DNA of 50,841 bases from Deltaproteobacteria bacterium. Lineage in GTDB: Bacteria; Desulfobacterota; BSN033; UBA1163. The first letter of the stretch is position 1. Each line of letters begins with the position of its first letter. The notes under the pieces were generated by a model that saw nothing but the letters and a program-made list of their open reading frames with translations, made no database searches and had not been told where the DNA came from. The stretch covers positions 1 through 50,841 of the forward strand of contig JBBIRT010000003.1 of NCBI GenBank assembly GCA_037441725.1, given 5' to 3'. Position numbers and translations under genes: made by a program. Positions 28,565 to 38,064 of this stretch are shown here, piece after piece.

Positions 28565-28811
28565 CTCATAGAGAGCTCTAAAAAGGTATCTAAAAAGAAT
28601 TCTTAGACTTGGGAGGTGGGGTGAAAAACTTTCGCCTGCCTGAGGCAGGCAAGAGCAAATACCTTTAATCGTTTGACCCTATTGGTGAATACCCTGAAAA
28701 TACTTGTTTTTCCCTTAAACGTGTTTAGCAAATCCATTTCTAAAGTCCGCATTCGAAGGGTTTGGAACACTACCTCCCCAGTCCTTAGAAGGGTTTTTAG
28801 AGCTCTCATAG
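28565..28811. repeat. ~250-bp element bounded by long imperfect inverted repeats (MITE-like element or structured RNA)
   Basis: The left arm is CTCATAGAGAGCTCTAAAAAGG...TTCTTAGACTTGGGAGGTGG. The reverse complement of the right arm is CTATGAGAGCTCTAAAAACCCTTCTAAGGACTGGGGAGGTAG. There is an internal GC hairpin at 28634-28650. It lies in a 700-bp gap with no convincing ORF. Confidence 0.45.
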
Positions 28812-28960
28812 AAATGGGGCCCAATGGATCACCGAAGCTGGGGGATTACAGAAATCATTAAAGCATAACCAGGCCTGATGGGTTTTGACCTTGTATAGTG
28901 GGAAATAGGATAAGTTACAAGAGAAAGGTTTCTGACCCATATTTTTAGATCAGAGAAGAT

Positions 28961-29374
28961 TTAAAAGGACTTCAATTCCTGGGTTCCCTTTTGGTAACCA
29001 TAATTTTTCACAATCCCCTCTTTATCAAAAAGAATGACCAGAGCATCTTTTTTCTGTTGAATTCGTGTATATTGAAATAGAAGTAAGTTGGTAAAGTAAG
29101 GCTCTTCAATAGTTATCTTAGAAGAGTTCTTACGAAGATAGACATAGATAAAGACGTCTCCATCATATTGTCTTTGAATCCGTTCAGGAGGCCCGAAGAT
29201 CTCCAGAATTTCTCCTTTGGTCGTGGAACCGGGGATGATCTTTTCCTTCGGATCTGATTTTATCTCAGAACCAACATAAACCCTTCCAAGACTACAGCTG
29301 GAGATGATGAATCCCAAAATGGCTATGAGGAAAAAGGTTCTAATGCAGCTCATCTGTTCCTTTTCGGAACCCAT
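28961..29374 (-). CDS. small lipoprotein with a BamE/SmpA_OmlA-like motif
   Basis: Signal peptide with lipobox (FIISSC) and an IIPGSTTKGEILEIFGPP block. It is a paralogue of the upstream gene. Confidence 0.6.
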   Translation of the reverse strand: MGSEKEQMSCIRTFFLIAILGFIISSCSLGRVYVGSEIKSDPKEKIIPGSTTKGEILEIFGPPERIQRQYDGDVFIYVYLRKNSSKITIEEPYFTNLLLFQYTRIQQKKDALVILFDKEGIVKNYGYQKGTQELKSF

Positions 29375-29774
29375 AAAATTTTACCCTTTCATTTTCATCA
29401 AGAAAGATAACCAAATGATCCGACTTCACCTTCGCTTCCACATAATTGATTAGGATGAAGACAATGGCTCGAATATTACCCTGATTATATTGATAGGATA
29501 GGATATTGGCAAATGGATAGCTGGTAAGAGGTTCTCGGGTTACATCTATTTCTCTAAGAATCTCATTGAAAATGGTAGGGCTGATATAGTTCTGTGGAGG
29601 CCCAAACCAACTGATGATCTCCGATTTGGTTGTAACCCCGGGTAGGATCTCCCTGATCTTTTCTTCCGATATTTTTGGGCCCTCATAATAGCGTCCAATG
29701 ACACACCCTCCCAGAAGGATTACAATAAAAAAAATCCAAATGATCTTTTGATAAAATTCAAAACCCCTCTTCAT
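29340..29774 (-). CDS. small lipoprotein with a BamE/SmpA_OmlA-like motif
   Basis: Signal peptide with lipobox (LLGGC) and an ILPGVTTKSEIISWFGPP block. It overlaps the next gene. Confidence 0.6.
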   Translation of the reverse strand: MKRGFEFYQKIIWIFFIVILLGGCVIGRYYEGPKISEEKIREILPGVTTKSEIISWFGPPQNYISPTIFNEILREIDVTREPLTSYPFANILSYQYNQGNIRAIVFILINYVEAKVKSDHLVIFLDENERVKFYGFRKGTDELH

Positions 29775-29912
29775 TGGTTCAGCCCCTTTGTAAAGAAAGA
29801 TGGTTTAAGTTTTACATAAAAGGGTTGGAGATTCAAGGAAGGGAAAGATGGACATGATGGGAAACAATTTGAATTGGATCCTTTGCCACCAATCATGACC
29901 GATGGATGGATA

Positions 29913-31109
29913 TTACTGGCTCGGCCCTATTTTATATTTGTCTGCCAACTCTTTAAACCCTGGAAGCGACCTTTCAATCACTTTTCTCTCGACCGCGTAG
30001 GCAATTCTGAAATACCCTGGTTTTCCAAACCCCCTACCTGGAACCGTCAAGATCCGTTTTGAAAGCAATTCCTTCACAAAAACCAAATCATCTTCAATGG
30101 GACTCTTTGGAAATAGATAGAAAGCCCCTTGGGGCTTCACCATTTGGTAACCGAATGAGGTCAAAGCCTCATAAAAGAGATCTCTCTTTTCTTCGTATTC
30201 TCTGACATCCACCGAATTCTTCTGAAGTGGGGCAACCAATCTCTGCATCAAGGCAGGGGCATTAATGAATCCAAGGATTCGATTGCTAAAAATCATGGCC
30301 GAGATCAGTTCATCCCCACCCTCACATAGGGGGTTGACTGCGATGTAACCAATCCTCTCGCCAGGAAGAGAAAGATCCTTGGAATGGGAGGTAACCCGAA
30401 TGGAATGGGGATAATATTGGAAAACTATTGGAATCTGAAGGTGATCAAAGACAATCCGACGGTAAGCCTCATCTGTGATAAGGTAAAGCGTCTTTTGAAG
30501 CTCCTGACTCTTCTCTTTGAGTAATCTTCCTAAGGCTTCAATTGAGTCGTGGGGATATACCACTCCTGTTGGGTTGTTAGGAGAATTGATCAGAATGGCT
30601 TTGGTCTTCTGATTGATTGCCTTTTCAATCTCCTTCAAGTTGAGTGAAAAGTCCTCATTGGTCTCAGCCAGATGGATTTGGCCCCCTGAATTTTCAATAT
30701 AGAATTTAAATTCCATAAAGTAGGGAGAAGGAACAACCACTTCCTCCCCCTCATCCAAGATGGCCTTAAAGACCACATTAAGTCCTCCTGCCTCTCCCAC
30801 TGTCATGATGACATGATTCTCATTAAAAGGAAGCCCAGATTCCTCTTCCAGATACTCTGCAATCATCTTCCTTGTCTCACTATAACCACAATTAGGCATA
30901 TATCGATGCATTCCAGGGATGGGAGAATCAGCAAGAGACTTTAGAGCCCTCTTCAGTGACTCTGGAGGTTCTAAATTTGGATTCCCCAGTGAGAAATCGA
31001 AGACATTTTCCTCTCCATAAAGACGCCTCATCTCCTCGCCCTCTTCAAACATCCTTCTGATCCAGGAAGCACTGTTCAATGCGTTCATTATCTTTTTAGA
31101 AATGGCCAT
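29913..31109 (-). CDS. class I/II pyridoxal-phosphate-dependent aminotransferase (AspC-like)
   Basis: SHSKDLSLPGERIGY (PLP-binding Lys) and NSPNNPTG motifs, 398 aa. SD AAAGGGG precedes the ATG. Confidence 0.88.
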   Translation of the reverse strand: MAISKKIMNALNSASWIRRMFEEGEEMRRLYGEENVFDFSLGNPNLEPPESLKRALKSLADSPIPGMHRYMPNCGYSETRKMIAEYLEEESGLPFNENHVIMTVGEAGGLNVVFKAILDEGEEVVVPSPYFMEFKFYIENSGGQIHLAETNEDFSLNLKEIEKAINQKTKAILINSPNNPTGVVYPHDSIEALGRLLKEKSQELQKTLYLITDEAYRRIVFDHLQIPIVFQYYPHSIRVTSHSKDLSLPGERIGYIAVNPLCEGGDELISAMIFSNRILGFINAPALMQRLVAPLQKNSVDVREYEEKRDLFYEALTSFGYQMVKPQGAFYLFPKSPIEDDLVFVKELLSKRILTVPGRGFGKPGYFRIAYAVERKVIERSLPGFKELADKYKIGPSQ

Positions 31110-31138
31110 CTTAAATCCCCTTTCTATTCCCTCATGTC

Positions 31139-31169
31139 AAAAAAAAAGCCATAAGGTTGCCCCTATGGC
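31139..31169 (-). terminator. attenuator terminator in the aminotransferase leader
   Basis: The minus-strand RNA reads GCCAUAGGG-GCAA-CCUUAUGGC (9 bp including one G-U pair, GNRA loop), followed by U9 (31147-31139). It lies 30 nt upstream of the start codon. Confidence 0.75.
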
Positions 31170-31227
31170 CTTAAACGAAAAAGCCATGGGGCCATTTAGG
31201 TCACCCATGGCTTCTCAATCCATTTAA

Positions 31228-31290
31228 TCAGGATTGAAATGATGGATGACCCTTGCCAAAATAGTAAAAATAAAAGTAAAAGTTAAACAT
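31228..31290 (-). CDS. leader peptide MFNFYFYFYYFGKGHPSFQS (20 aa, 9 of its first 11 residues are Phe or Tyr)
   Basis: GGAG lies 5 nt upstream of the ATG. The ORF sits between a promoter-like element and the alternative-helix region. Its coding RNA GGUCAUCCAU (31251-31242) pairs with AUGGGUGACC (31208-31199). Confidence 0.65.
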   Translation of the reverse strand: MFNFYFYFYYFGKGHPSFQS

Positions 31291-31311
31291 ATTCACTCCA
31301 CTTTTGTCTCA

Positions 31312-31342
31312 ATTATAAAACACAATAAAAGATCATTGTCAA
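31312..31342 (-). promoter_or_regulatory. sigma70-like promoter for the leader and aminotransferase transcript
   Basis: On the minus strand: TTGACA (31342-31337), then either TATAAT (31317-31312) with a 19-nt spacer or TTTATA with a 17-nt spacer. Confidence 0.45.
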
Positions 31343-31350
31343 GGGAAAAT

Positions 31351-31379
31351 TTGACTTTTTATAAAATTCCCTTTAATAT
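31351..31379 (+). promoter_or_regulatory. sigma70-like promoter for the EF-G paralogue operon
   Basis: TTGACT (31351-31356), 17-nt spacer, TAATAT (31374-31379). Confidence 0.55.
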
Positions 31380-31417
31380 TGCGAAGATATATTATCTTCC
31401 AATTTATGAGAAATGAA

Positions 31418-33472
31418 ATGGTCGGAGAAAAACGACTGATTCGGACAAGAAATATTGGATTCATGGCCCATATTGATGCAGGGAAAACAACCGTCACAGA
31501 AAGGGTCCTCTATTACACCAAGAAGATCCATCGTATGGGAGAGGTGGATGACGGTACAGCCGTGATGGATTGGATGCCACAGGAGCAAGAAAGGGGGATT
31601 ACCATCACCTCTGCTGTGACCAAAGTGGAATGGAAAGGAAATACGATTCATATCATCGACACCCCAGGACACGTAGATTTCACCATTGAGGTTGAACGTT
31701 CATTACGGGTGCTTGATGGAACGATTGCTATCTTCAGTGCTGTGGAGGGAGTTGAACCTCAATCGGAAACGGTTTGGCACCAGGCAGACAAATACCGAGT
31801 CCCCAAAATCGCTTTCATCAATAAAATGGATCGTATCGGAGCCGAATTTTTCGGGACAGTAAAGATGATGATCGACCGCTTAGGGACAAATCCCCTGGTT
31901 ATCCAGATTCCTATTGGAGCAGAAGATCGATTTATTGGGGTCATCGATCTGATCCGATCAAAGGGAATTGTTTGGGACGAACATAGTTTAGGGAGTGAAT
32001 TTAAAGAAATCTCTATTCCAAAGGAAATGGAGTCAACGGTCTATCTCCATCGATCCAGGCTGATGGAGTCCATCGCTGAGTTAGATGAACATCTAATAGA
32101 GAAATATATTAATGGAGAGGAAATCTCTGAATCTGAAATGAAATCTGTTCTTCGGAAGGCAACCCTCTCCATGAAGGCCGTCCCAGTCTTATGTGGGGCA
32201 GCCCTAAGGAATCAAGGGATTCAGCCACTCATTGATGCGATTGTGGACTATCTTCCCTCTCCTTTGGATATCCCTCCGGTTGAAGGAACCCATCCCATCA
32301 CAGGAGAAAAGGAATTTCGAATGGCAAAGGATGAAGAATCCTTTACCTCCTTAGCCTTTAAAATCATGATGGATGAAGGAAGGAAGCTGGTTTATTTACG
32401 GATCTATTCAGGGATCCTGAAAGTTGGAATGGAGGTCTATAACCCTCGTTTGAAGAAGGGAGAGAAGATCTCTCGAATCTTCCAGATGCATGCCCATCAG
32501 CGAACTCGAGTGGAGGAGGCCCGAACCGGAGAAATTGTAGCGGTCATGGGATTAAAAGAGACGACGACTGGAGATACCCTCTGTGATCGAAGTCGCCCTA
32601 TTCTCCTTGAGCCGATTGATTTTTATAAACCTGTGATGTCTGTGGCCGTTGAACCAAAAACCAGTGGAGATCAAGACAAATTGAATGAATCTCTTATGAA
32701 GCTGAGTGAGGAAGACCCCACCTTTCATGTAAAATTTGATGAAGATACTGGTCAGACCATCATCTCAGGAATGGGAGAACTCCACTTAGATGTGCTGGTG
32801 AATCGCCTGATGACTGAATACCATTTAGAGGTCAACGTTGGGAGACCACAGGTGGTTTATCGAGAGACAATTGAGAAAGAGGTTGAGACCTCTGCAAAAT
32901 TTATAAAAGAGATAGAGGAGGTTAAACATTACGCAGAGATCTTCCTTCGTCTTTCACCCCACCAAAGGGGAAAAGGGATTGAGTTTTATTCTGAGGTTTC
33001 AGAAGGAATCTTATCTCCAGGGAGCCTTCTGGCCATCGAAGAGGGGATCAGGGAATCCTCCACGGTAGGGGTGATCCTGGGTTATCCTATGACCGATATT
33101 CGAATAACGTTATTAAAAGCCGTTGTGGATCCAAATCATCCATCCTTACTTGCCCTCAAGGTTGCCTCTTCCAATGCCTTTCGGGAAGGCTGTCGTAAAG
33201 CCCAACCCGTGCTTATGGAACCCATGATGGAGGTCAATATCATCGTCCCTGAAGAGTTTATGGGTGAAGTGGTAGGAGATTTAAAGGCAAGAAAAAGCTC
33301 AGTGGAAGCCATTACTCCAAGAGGAAGGACCACCCTGATCAAAGCGATCTCCCCCTTGACCCGAATGTTCGGTTACTCCACCGATTTGAGATCTCTGACT
33401 CAAGGGAGAGGAACCTTTTCCATGCAATTTTCACATTATGACAAGGTATCAAATGAAAATGTTAGACGATGA
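31418..33472 (+). CDS. fusA: elongation factor G family GTPase (paralogue lying outside a str operon)
   Basis: [17 protein letters not shown] and NKMD motifs, about 684 aa. The start is ATG 31418 or 31406. The TTG at 31379 used by the ORF track lies inside the -10 element. Confidence 0.88.
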   Translation: MVGEKRLIRTRNIGFMAHIDAGKTTVTERVLYYTKKIHRMGEVDDGTAVMDWMPQEQERGITITSAVTKVEWKGNTIHIIDTPGHVDFTIEVERSLRVLDGTIAIFSAVEGVEPQSETVWHQADKYRVPKIAFINKMDRIGAEFFGTVKMMIDRLGTNPLVIQIPIGAEDRFIGVIDLIRSKGIVWDEHSLGSEFKEISIPKEMESTVYLHRSRLMESIAELDEHLIEKYINGEEISESEMKSVLRKATLSMKAVPVLCGAALRNQGIQPLIDAIVDYLPSPLDIPPVEGTHPITGEKEFRMAKDEESFTSLAFKIMMDEGRKLVYLRIYSGILKVGMEVYNPRLKKGEKISRIFQMHAHQRTRVEEARTGEIVAVMGLKETTTGDTLCDRSRPILLEPIDFYKPVMSVAVEPKTSGDQDKLNESLMKLSEEDPTFHVKFDEDTGQTIISGMGELHLDVLVNRLMTEYHLEVNVGRPQVVYRETIEKEVETSAKFIKEIEEVKHYAEIFLRLSPHQRGKGIEFYSEVSEGILSPGSLLAIEEGIRESSTVGVILGYPMTDIRITLLKAVVDPNHPSLLALKVASSNAFREGCRKAQPVLMEPMMEVNIIVPEEFMGEVVGDLKARKSSVEAITPRGRTTLIKAISPLTRMFGYSTDLRSLTQGRGTFSMQFSHYDKVSNENVRR

Positions 33473-34445
33473 AATCCTTCAGATCCTTAGAAAATCTCCT
33501 AATACCTTTTTTTCAGGGGAAGAGATCAGCCACCGCTTAAAGGTCAGCCGAACAGCAGTTTGGAAGAGGATTGCTCGACTCAGGGTCATGGGATATGCGA
33601 TTGAGGCCTCGACTCGATTAGGGTATCGATTGATTCAATCTCCCGACCTCCTGATTCCGTTGGAAGTTGAACCCCTCCTTAAAACCCAATGGATGGGAAA
33701 GACCCTTCACCATTTTCAAACCCTTGACTCCACCAACTCAAAGGCCTACGAATTAGCTTTCCATGGGGCTGAGGAGGGAGAAGTCGTGATCACCGAATCG
33801 CAAACAAAAGGAAGGGGGAGATTGGAAAGATCGTGGTATTCCCCGCCTTTTTTAAATCTTTACCTCTCCGTGATCCTCCGCCCCAAAATCCCACCCCAAC
33901 AAGCTTCTCTTTTGACCCTGCTTGCGGCCATAGCGACGGCTGATGCTATTAAACAAGTCTCTGGGCTCTCACCATTGATCAAATGGCCCAATGATGTCCT
34001 ACTTCGAGACCGAAAGGTAGCCGGTCTCCTCAATGAGATTCATTCTGAAATGGACAGGATCCATTTTGTCATCCTTGGAATAGGGGTCAACCTGAACATG
34101 GAGGAGAAGGATTTCCCAAAGGAGATTCAAGCAACGGCTACCTCTTTAAGGATGGAAATAGGAAGGCCCATTTCAAGAAAGGAGTTTCTCCAATCCCTCT
34201 TATCAGAATTGGAAGCATGGTATACGATTTTTATAAAACAAGGAGGTCAGATCATTTTAAATGCCTGGAGAGAACGTGCCCAGATCAAAGGGAGAGAGGT
34301 GAGGGTGAGTTCTTTTGGGGAAACCTTATTGGGGAGGGCAGTAGACATAGATTCAGATGGAGCCTTGATCTTAGAAACAGAGAATGGAAGCCAAAGAAGG
34401 GTTTTGGCAGGAGATCTGGAGTATTCAGAAAAAAGTAAATCATAG
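33453..34445 (+). CDS. birA: bifunctional biotin-[acetyl-CoA-carboxylase] ligase / transcriptional repressor
   Basis: N-terminal HTH ([16 protein letters not shown]) and GRGRLERSW motif. The start overlaps the EF-G stop. Confidence 0.88.
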   Translation: MKMLDDEILQILRKSPNTFFSGEEISHRLKVSRTAVWKRIARLRVMGYAIEASTRLGYRLIQSPDLLIPLEVEPLLKTQWMGKTLHHFQTLDSTNSKAYELAFHGAEEGEVVITESQTKGRGRLERSWYSPPFLNLYLSVILRPKIPPQQASLLTLLAAIATADAIKQVSGLSPLIKWPNDVLLRDRKVAGLLNEIHSEMDRIHFVILGIGVNLNMEEKDFPKEIQATATSLRMEIGRPISRKEFLQSLLSELEAWYTIFIKQGGQIILNAWRERAQIKGREVRVSSFGETLLGRAVDIDSDGALILETENGSQRRVLAGDLEYSEKSKS

Positions 34446-34482
34446 GAATAGTAAATTCTCTTAGGGGTGATGGGAGGGTCTT

Positions 34483-35265
34483 ATGTTGCTTGTCATCGAT
34501 GTTGGGAATACCAATACCGTTCTGGGAGTTTATGACCAGAAAGTCCTGGTTGATCATTGGCGAATCGCTACAGAAAAGGGGAAGACTGCAGATGAGTGGG
34601 GGACCATGTTCCGTGACCTTTTCCTCTTTGATCATCTCAATATGGCAGATTTTGAAGGAGTCATTATCTCTTCCGTGGTCCCCCCTGTCCTGGATATGCT
34701 CCAAGGAATGACAGATAAATACTTCCATGTCAAACCTCTGATTGTCGGACCCGATCTTCGAACAGGAATAAAGATTATCTATAAAAATCCTTCAGAGGTA
34801 GGAGCTGACCGAATTGTCAATGCAGTGGCCGCCTACGAACGGTATAAAAGAAATTTGATCGTGGTTGACTTTGGGACGGCAACCACTTTTGATTACGTAT
34901 CCCGAAGAGGAGAATATCATGGAGGAGCGATTGCCCCTGGGATTGGGATATCGGCAGAGGCCCTATTTCAAAGAACTTCAAAATTACCCAGGGTCGAAAT
35001 CATAAAACCAAAGAAAGTGATCGGAAAGGATACGGTCCATGCCATCCAATCGGGCATCTTCTTTGGCTATGTAGGACTGGTGGACGAGATCGTCCGAAGA
35101 ATGAAGAAAGAGGTGAGATCAAACCCTAAGGTGATTGCCACCGGGGGACTGGCAGGACTTATTGCCAATGAATCAGAAACCATTGAAGAGGTCAATGAAT
35201 TTCTCACCCTTGAAGGGTTGAGAATCATCTATGAACGAAATCAGAAACAAGGGAGGAGATCATGA
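34483..35265 (+). CDS. coaX: type III pantothenate kinase
   Basis: [11 protein letters not shown] start and DFGTATTFD motif, 260 aa. Confidence 0.9.
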   Translation: MLLVIDVGNTNTVLGVYDQKVLVDHWRIATEKGKTADEWGTMFRDLFLFDHLNMADFEGVIISSVVPPVLDMLQGMTDKYFHVKPLIVGPDLRTGIKIIYKNPSEVGADRIVNAVAAYERYKRNLIVVDFGTATTFDYVSRRGEYHGGAIAPGIGISAEALFQRTSKLPRVEIIKPKKVIGKDTVHAIQSGIFFGYVGLVDEIVRRMKKEVRSNPKVIATGGLAGLIANESETIEEVNEFLTLEGLRIIYERNQKQGRRS

Positions 35266-35828
35266 TGAACGAAACCATTAAAGTGATTAACCAAAGAAGG
35301 AGCATTCGAAAATTTAAAAAGGAACAGATCCCTGAATCCATTCTGAGGGAAATATTAAATTGTGCCCTATATGCTCCCAATGCCATGAACCAGCAGAAAT
35401 GGCATTTCACAGTAATTCAAAATCCAGCTCTTCTGGATCGAATGGTGAACATCATCAAAACAAACATCATGAATTCAGGAGTCGATTTCTTAAAGCAGAG
35501 GGCCAGCGCTCCAGATTATCACACCTTTTATCATGCTCCGACGGTAATCCTCATCTCAGGGGATGAGAACTCTCCATTTATCCAAATCAGTTGTGGAGCA
35601 GCCGCACAAAACATTGCCTTGGCCTCTGAATCATTCAATATCGGATCCTGTATCATGACTTCCTCCGCCTTCCTTTTTGCTTCAGAAGAAGGGAACAACC
35701 TGAAGAGAGAATTAGGAATTCCTGAGGGATATCAACATATCTGTACGGTTGCCCTGGGATATAAAGAGGGTCCACATCCCCCCTCCCCACCCAGGAATAA
35801 AGATGTGGTTCATTATATAAAACCTTAG
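35262..35828 (+). CDS. nitroreductase family protein
   Basis: RRSIRKF...[12 protein letters not shown] pattern, 188 aa. It overlaps the coaX stop by 4 nt. Confidence 0.8.
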   Translation: MMNETIKVINQRRSIRKFKKEQIPESILREILNCALYAPNAMNQQKWHFTVIQNPALLDRMVNIIKTNIMNSGVDFLKQRASAPDYHTFYHAPTVILISGDENSPFIQISCGAAAQNIALASESFNIGSCIMTSSAFLFASEEGNNLKRELGIPEGYQHICTVALGYKEGPHPPSPPRNKDVVHYIKP

Positions 35829-36787
35829 TGGGGTCGTTCTCGTTTATACCACTCCACAAATCTATGGATCCCCTCCTCGATCTTGATACGGGGTTGGTAT
35901 TGAAGCATCCGCTTGGCTTTGGAGATATCTGCATAAGTCACAGAAACATCCCCTGGCTGGGGAGTTAAGAATTCGATCTCTGCCTTTTTATCCAAAGCCT
36001 GCTCAATCAAGTGGATCAACTCTATTAAAGAGGTGGTCTGGGACTCCCCTAAATTGTAAATCTCAAATCCTTGATGGTAACGAAGGACGCCTAAAATGCC
36101 ATCGATCAGGTCATCGATATAGGTATAATCCCTTCGAGAAGAACCATCTCCAAAAATTGGAATCTTTTTCCCTTGATCAATGAGATGGGTAAATTTATGG
36201 ATGGCCATTTCAGGCCTCTGTCTTGGACCATAGGCGGTAAAGATTCGGAGGCAAGCAATCTCTATTCCATAGAGGTGATGATAGGAATAGCAAAGAAGCT
36301 CTCCTGCCCTTTTGGTTGCTCCATAGGGTGAGATGGGTTGAAGGTTAAGGTCTTCCTCTGTAAAAGGAATCCTTTGATTTTCTCCATAAACTGAGGAAGA
36401 TGAAGCGAAGAGGAATTGATGGACCCTATACTGCTTGCAGGCCTCTAAGAGAACGAGTGTGCCACGGATGTTCACATCCTGATAGAGCAAGGGATCAGAA
36501 ATGGAGGGTCTCACTCCAGCTCGAGCTGCAAGGTGGACGATCCAATCAATTTTATCCTGTTGAAAAATTTCATGGAGTTGGTCTGAGTTTCGAATATCCC
36601 CGGGGATGAGTCTAAAGCGATTTGGAAATCTCTTGGTGATCTTCTCCACATTACCAATTTTAATATTGGGATCATAGTAGGAATCGAAGTTATCGAGGCA
36701 AATCACATGACTCCCTTCGCTCAAGAGACGCTCACAAAGATGGGAGCCAATAAATCCTGCCCCTCCAGTCACCAGGATTGAACTCAT
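35825..36787 (-). CDS. NAD-dependent epimerase/dehydratase (extended SDR)
   Basis: TGGAGFIGSH Rossmann motif and the YGATK catalytic motif. Confidence 0.85.
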   Translation of the reverse strand: MSSILVTGGAGFIGSHLCERLLSEGSHVICLDNFDSYYDPNIKIGNVEKITKRFPNRFRLIPGDIRNSDQLHEIFQQDKIDWIVHLAARAGVRPSISDPLLYQDVNIRGTLVLLEACKQYRVHQFLFASSSSVYGENQRIPFTEEDLNLQPISPYGATKRAGELLCYSYHHLYGIEIACLRIFTAYGPRQRPEMAIHKFTHLIDQGKKIPIFGDGSSRRDYTYIDDLIDGILGVLRYHQGFEIYNLGESQTTSLIELIHLIEQALDKKAEIEFLTPQPGDVSVTYADISKAKRMLQYQPRIKIEEGIHRFVEWYKRERPH

Positions 36788-37977
36788 TTTAACTCCATCT
36801 TTTTTTCAAGAGGATACTTTACCAATACTGTGAGGCCAAATGCAATCAAGGGTAATAAGAAGACAGATTTCATCGCCATGGGAACCCCCCAGTGATCTGC
36901 GATGACTCCTAATAGGGTTACTCCAAGCCCTCCCGCACTCATCGTAAATCCAACCATCATCCCTGAGGCCATTCCTAAATGTTGGGGAAGGAGAACTTGG
37001 CCCATGACTGTGGTGAGGGCAAAGGTTGAAATCAATACCATCCCTGAAATCCCTAAGAAAATGAATGTTAAAAAACCACTGCTTAAGTAAAAGGACACCA
37101 GAAGGGGGGTGGAAAGGGCTAAGGTGGTAGCTAAAAATTTTTTATGTCCCCATCGATCGGAAAGGGGAGCCCCCAATACCGTCCCGATGGCTCCTGCAAG
37201 CAGGAAGGTTGAAACAAGTTTTCCTGCAATCATTGGGTTACCCTTTAAATAGTTGATGTAATAGAAAGGAATGTACGTCGCCATTCCGGTTTGGGCCCAG
37301 GCTCTTAACGTCGCAATGCTGACAAGCAGAAAAAAAGAACGTTTCTGGTCTTTGGTCAAAGCCCTTTTTTCCTCCTTTTTCGCCTCCTTGTGAGCAGAAT
37401 GGACAGGAGTGGAGAGCATAGAAAGGTTAAAAAGGATGAGGATGGCGATCACAATTCCAGGAAGGATTAAACCCATTGTTCCCTTAAGGCCAAACCGAGA
37501 AGTTACAAGCGCCAGGGCCACTATTGGTCCAATGGCGATCCCAAAATTGCCCCCTACCGCAAAGATGGACATCCCTGTGGCCTTTCTATCTCCTGTGAAA
37601 AAATGGGCTGTTTTGAACCCTTCAGGATGGAAAAGCGCAATCCCGATCCCACTGAGAATAATAAAAAGGATGAGGAGAAAGTAATTGGAGACAAATCCAG
37701 AAATGGATAATCCCAAACAGGCAATGAATGGGGCCAGGGGAAGAAACCATCCGATTGGTCGCCTATCTGAGAGATGGCCAAAGAAAGGTTGGATAATGGA
37801 TGAAGCAAGATAAGAGGACATGACGATGACCCCTGACATCGTATAGGAAAGGTTCAAGGCTTCTTTGAAAAAGGGGAGGAGAGCAGGCAAGGCCCCTTGA
37901 TTGATATATGTCACCAGATGCCCGGCACTAAGGATAGCAAGCGCCTTTTTATTCAACTTCGTGGTCCCCTCATTCAT
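36784..37977 (-). CDS. MFS transporter
   Basis: About 12 hydrophobic segments and a GHLSDRRP motif-A loop. It overlaps the epimerase start by 4 nt. Confidence 0.85.
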   Translation of the reverse strand: MNEGTTKLNKKALAILSAGHLVTYINQGALPALLPFFKEALNLSYTMSGVIVMSSYLASSIIQPFFGHLSDRRPIGWFLPLAPFIACLGLSISGFVSNYFLLILFIILSGIGIALFHPEGFKTAHFFTGDRKATGMSIFAVGGNFGIAIGPIVALALVTSRFGLKGTMGLILPGIVIAILILFNLSMLSTPVHSAHKEAKKEEKRALTKDQKRSFFLLVSIATLRAWAQTGMATYIPFYYINYLKGNPMIAGKLVSTFLLAGAIGTVLGAPLSDRWGHKKFLATTLALSTPLLVSFYLSSGFLTFIFLGISGMVLISTFALTTVMGQVLLPQHLGMASGMMVGFTMSAGGLGVTLLGVIADHWGVPMAMKSVFLLPLIAFGLTVLVKYPLEKKMELK

Positions 37978-38064
37978 AAGGACTAATTATCAATGATCCT
38001 TTTTTCCTTGTCAATCCATAGACATTTGACTATTTTTTGATTATGATAAAGATGGGAGGGAGAG

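Noticed and set aside
28603-28861. Two mutually overlapping small ORFs (73 aa on the minus strand, 62 aa on the plus strand) inside the inverted-repeat element
   Set aside because: They lie antisense to each other and the 73-aa minus-strand ORF uses a TTG start. Neither has a recognisable SD or any recognisable motif. The region is better explained as repeat or RNA sequence.
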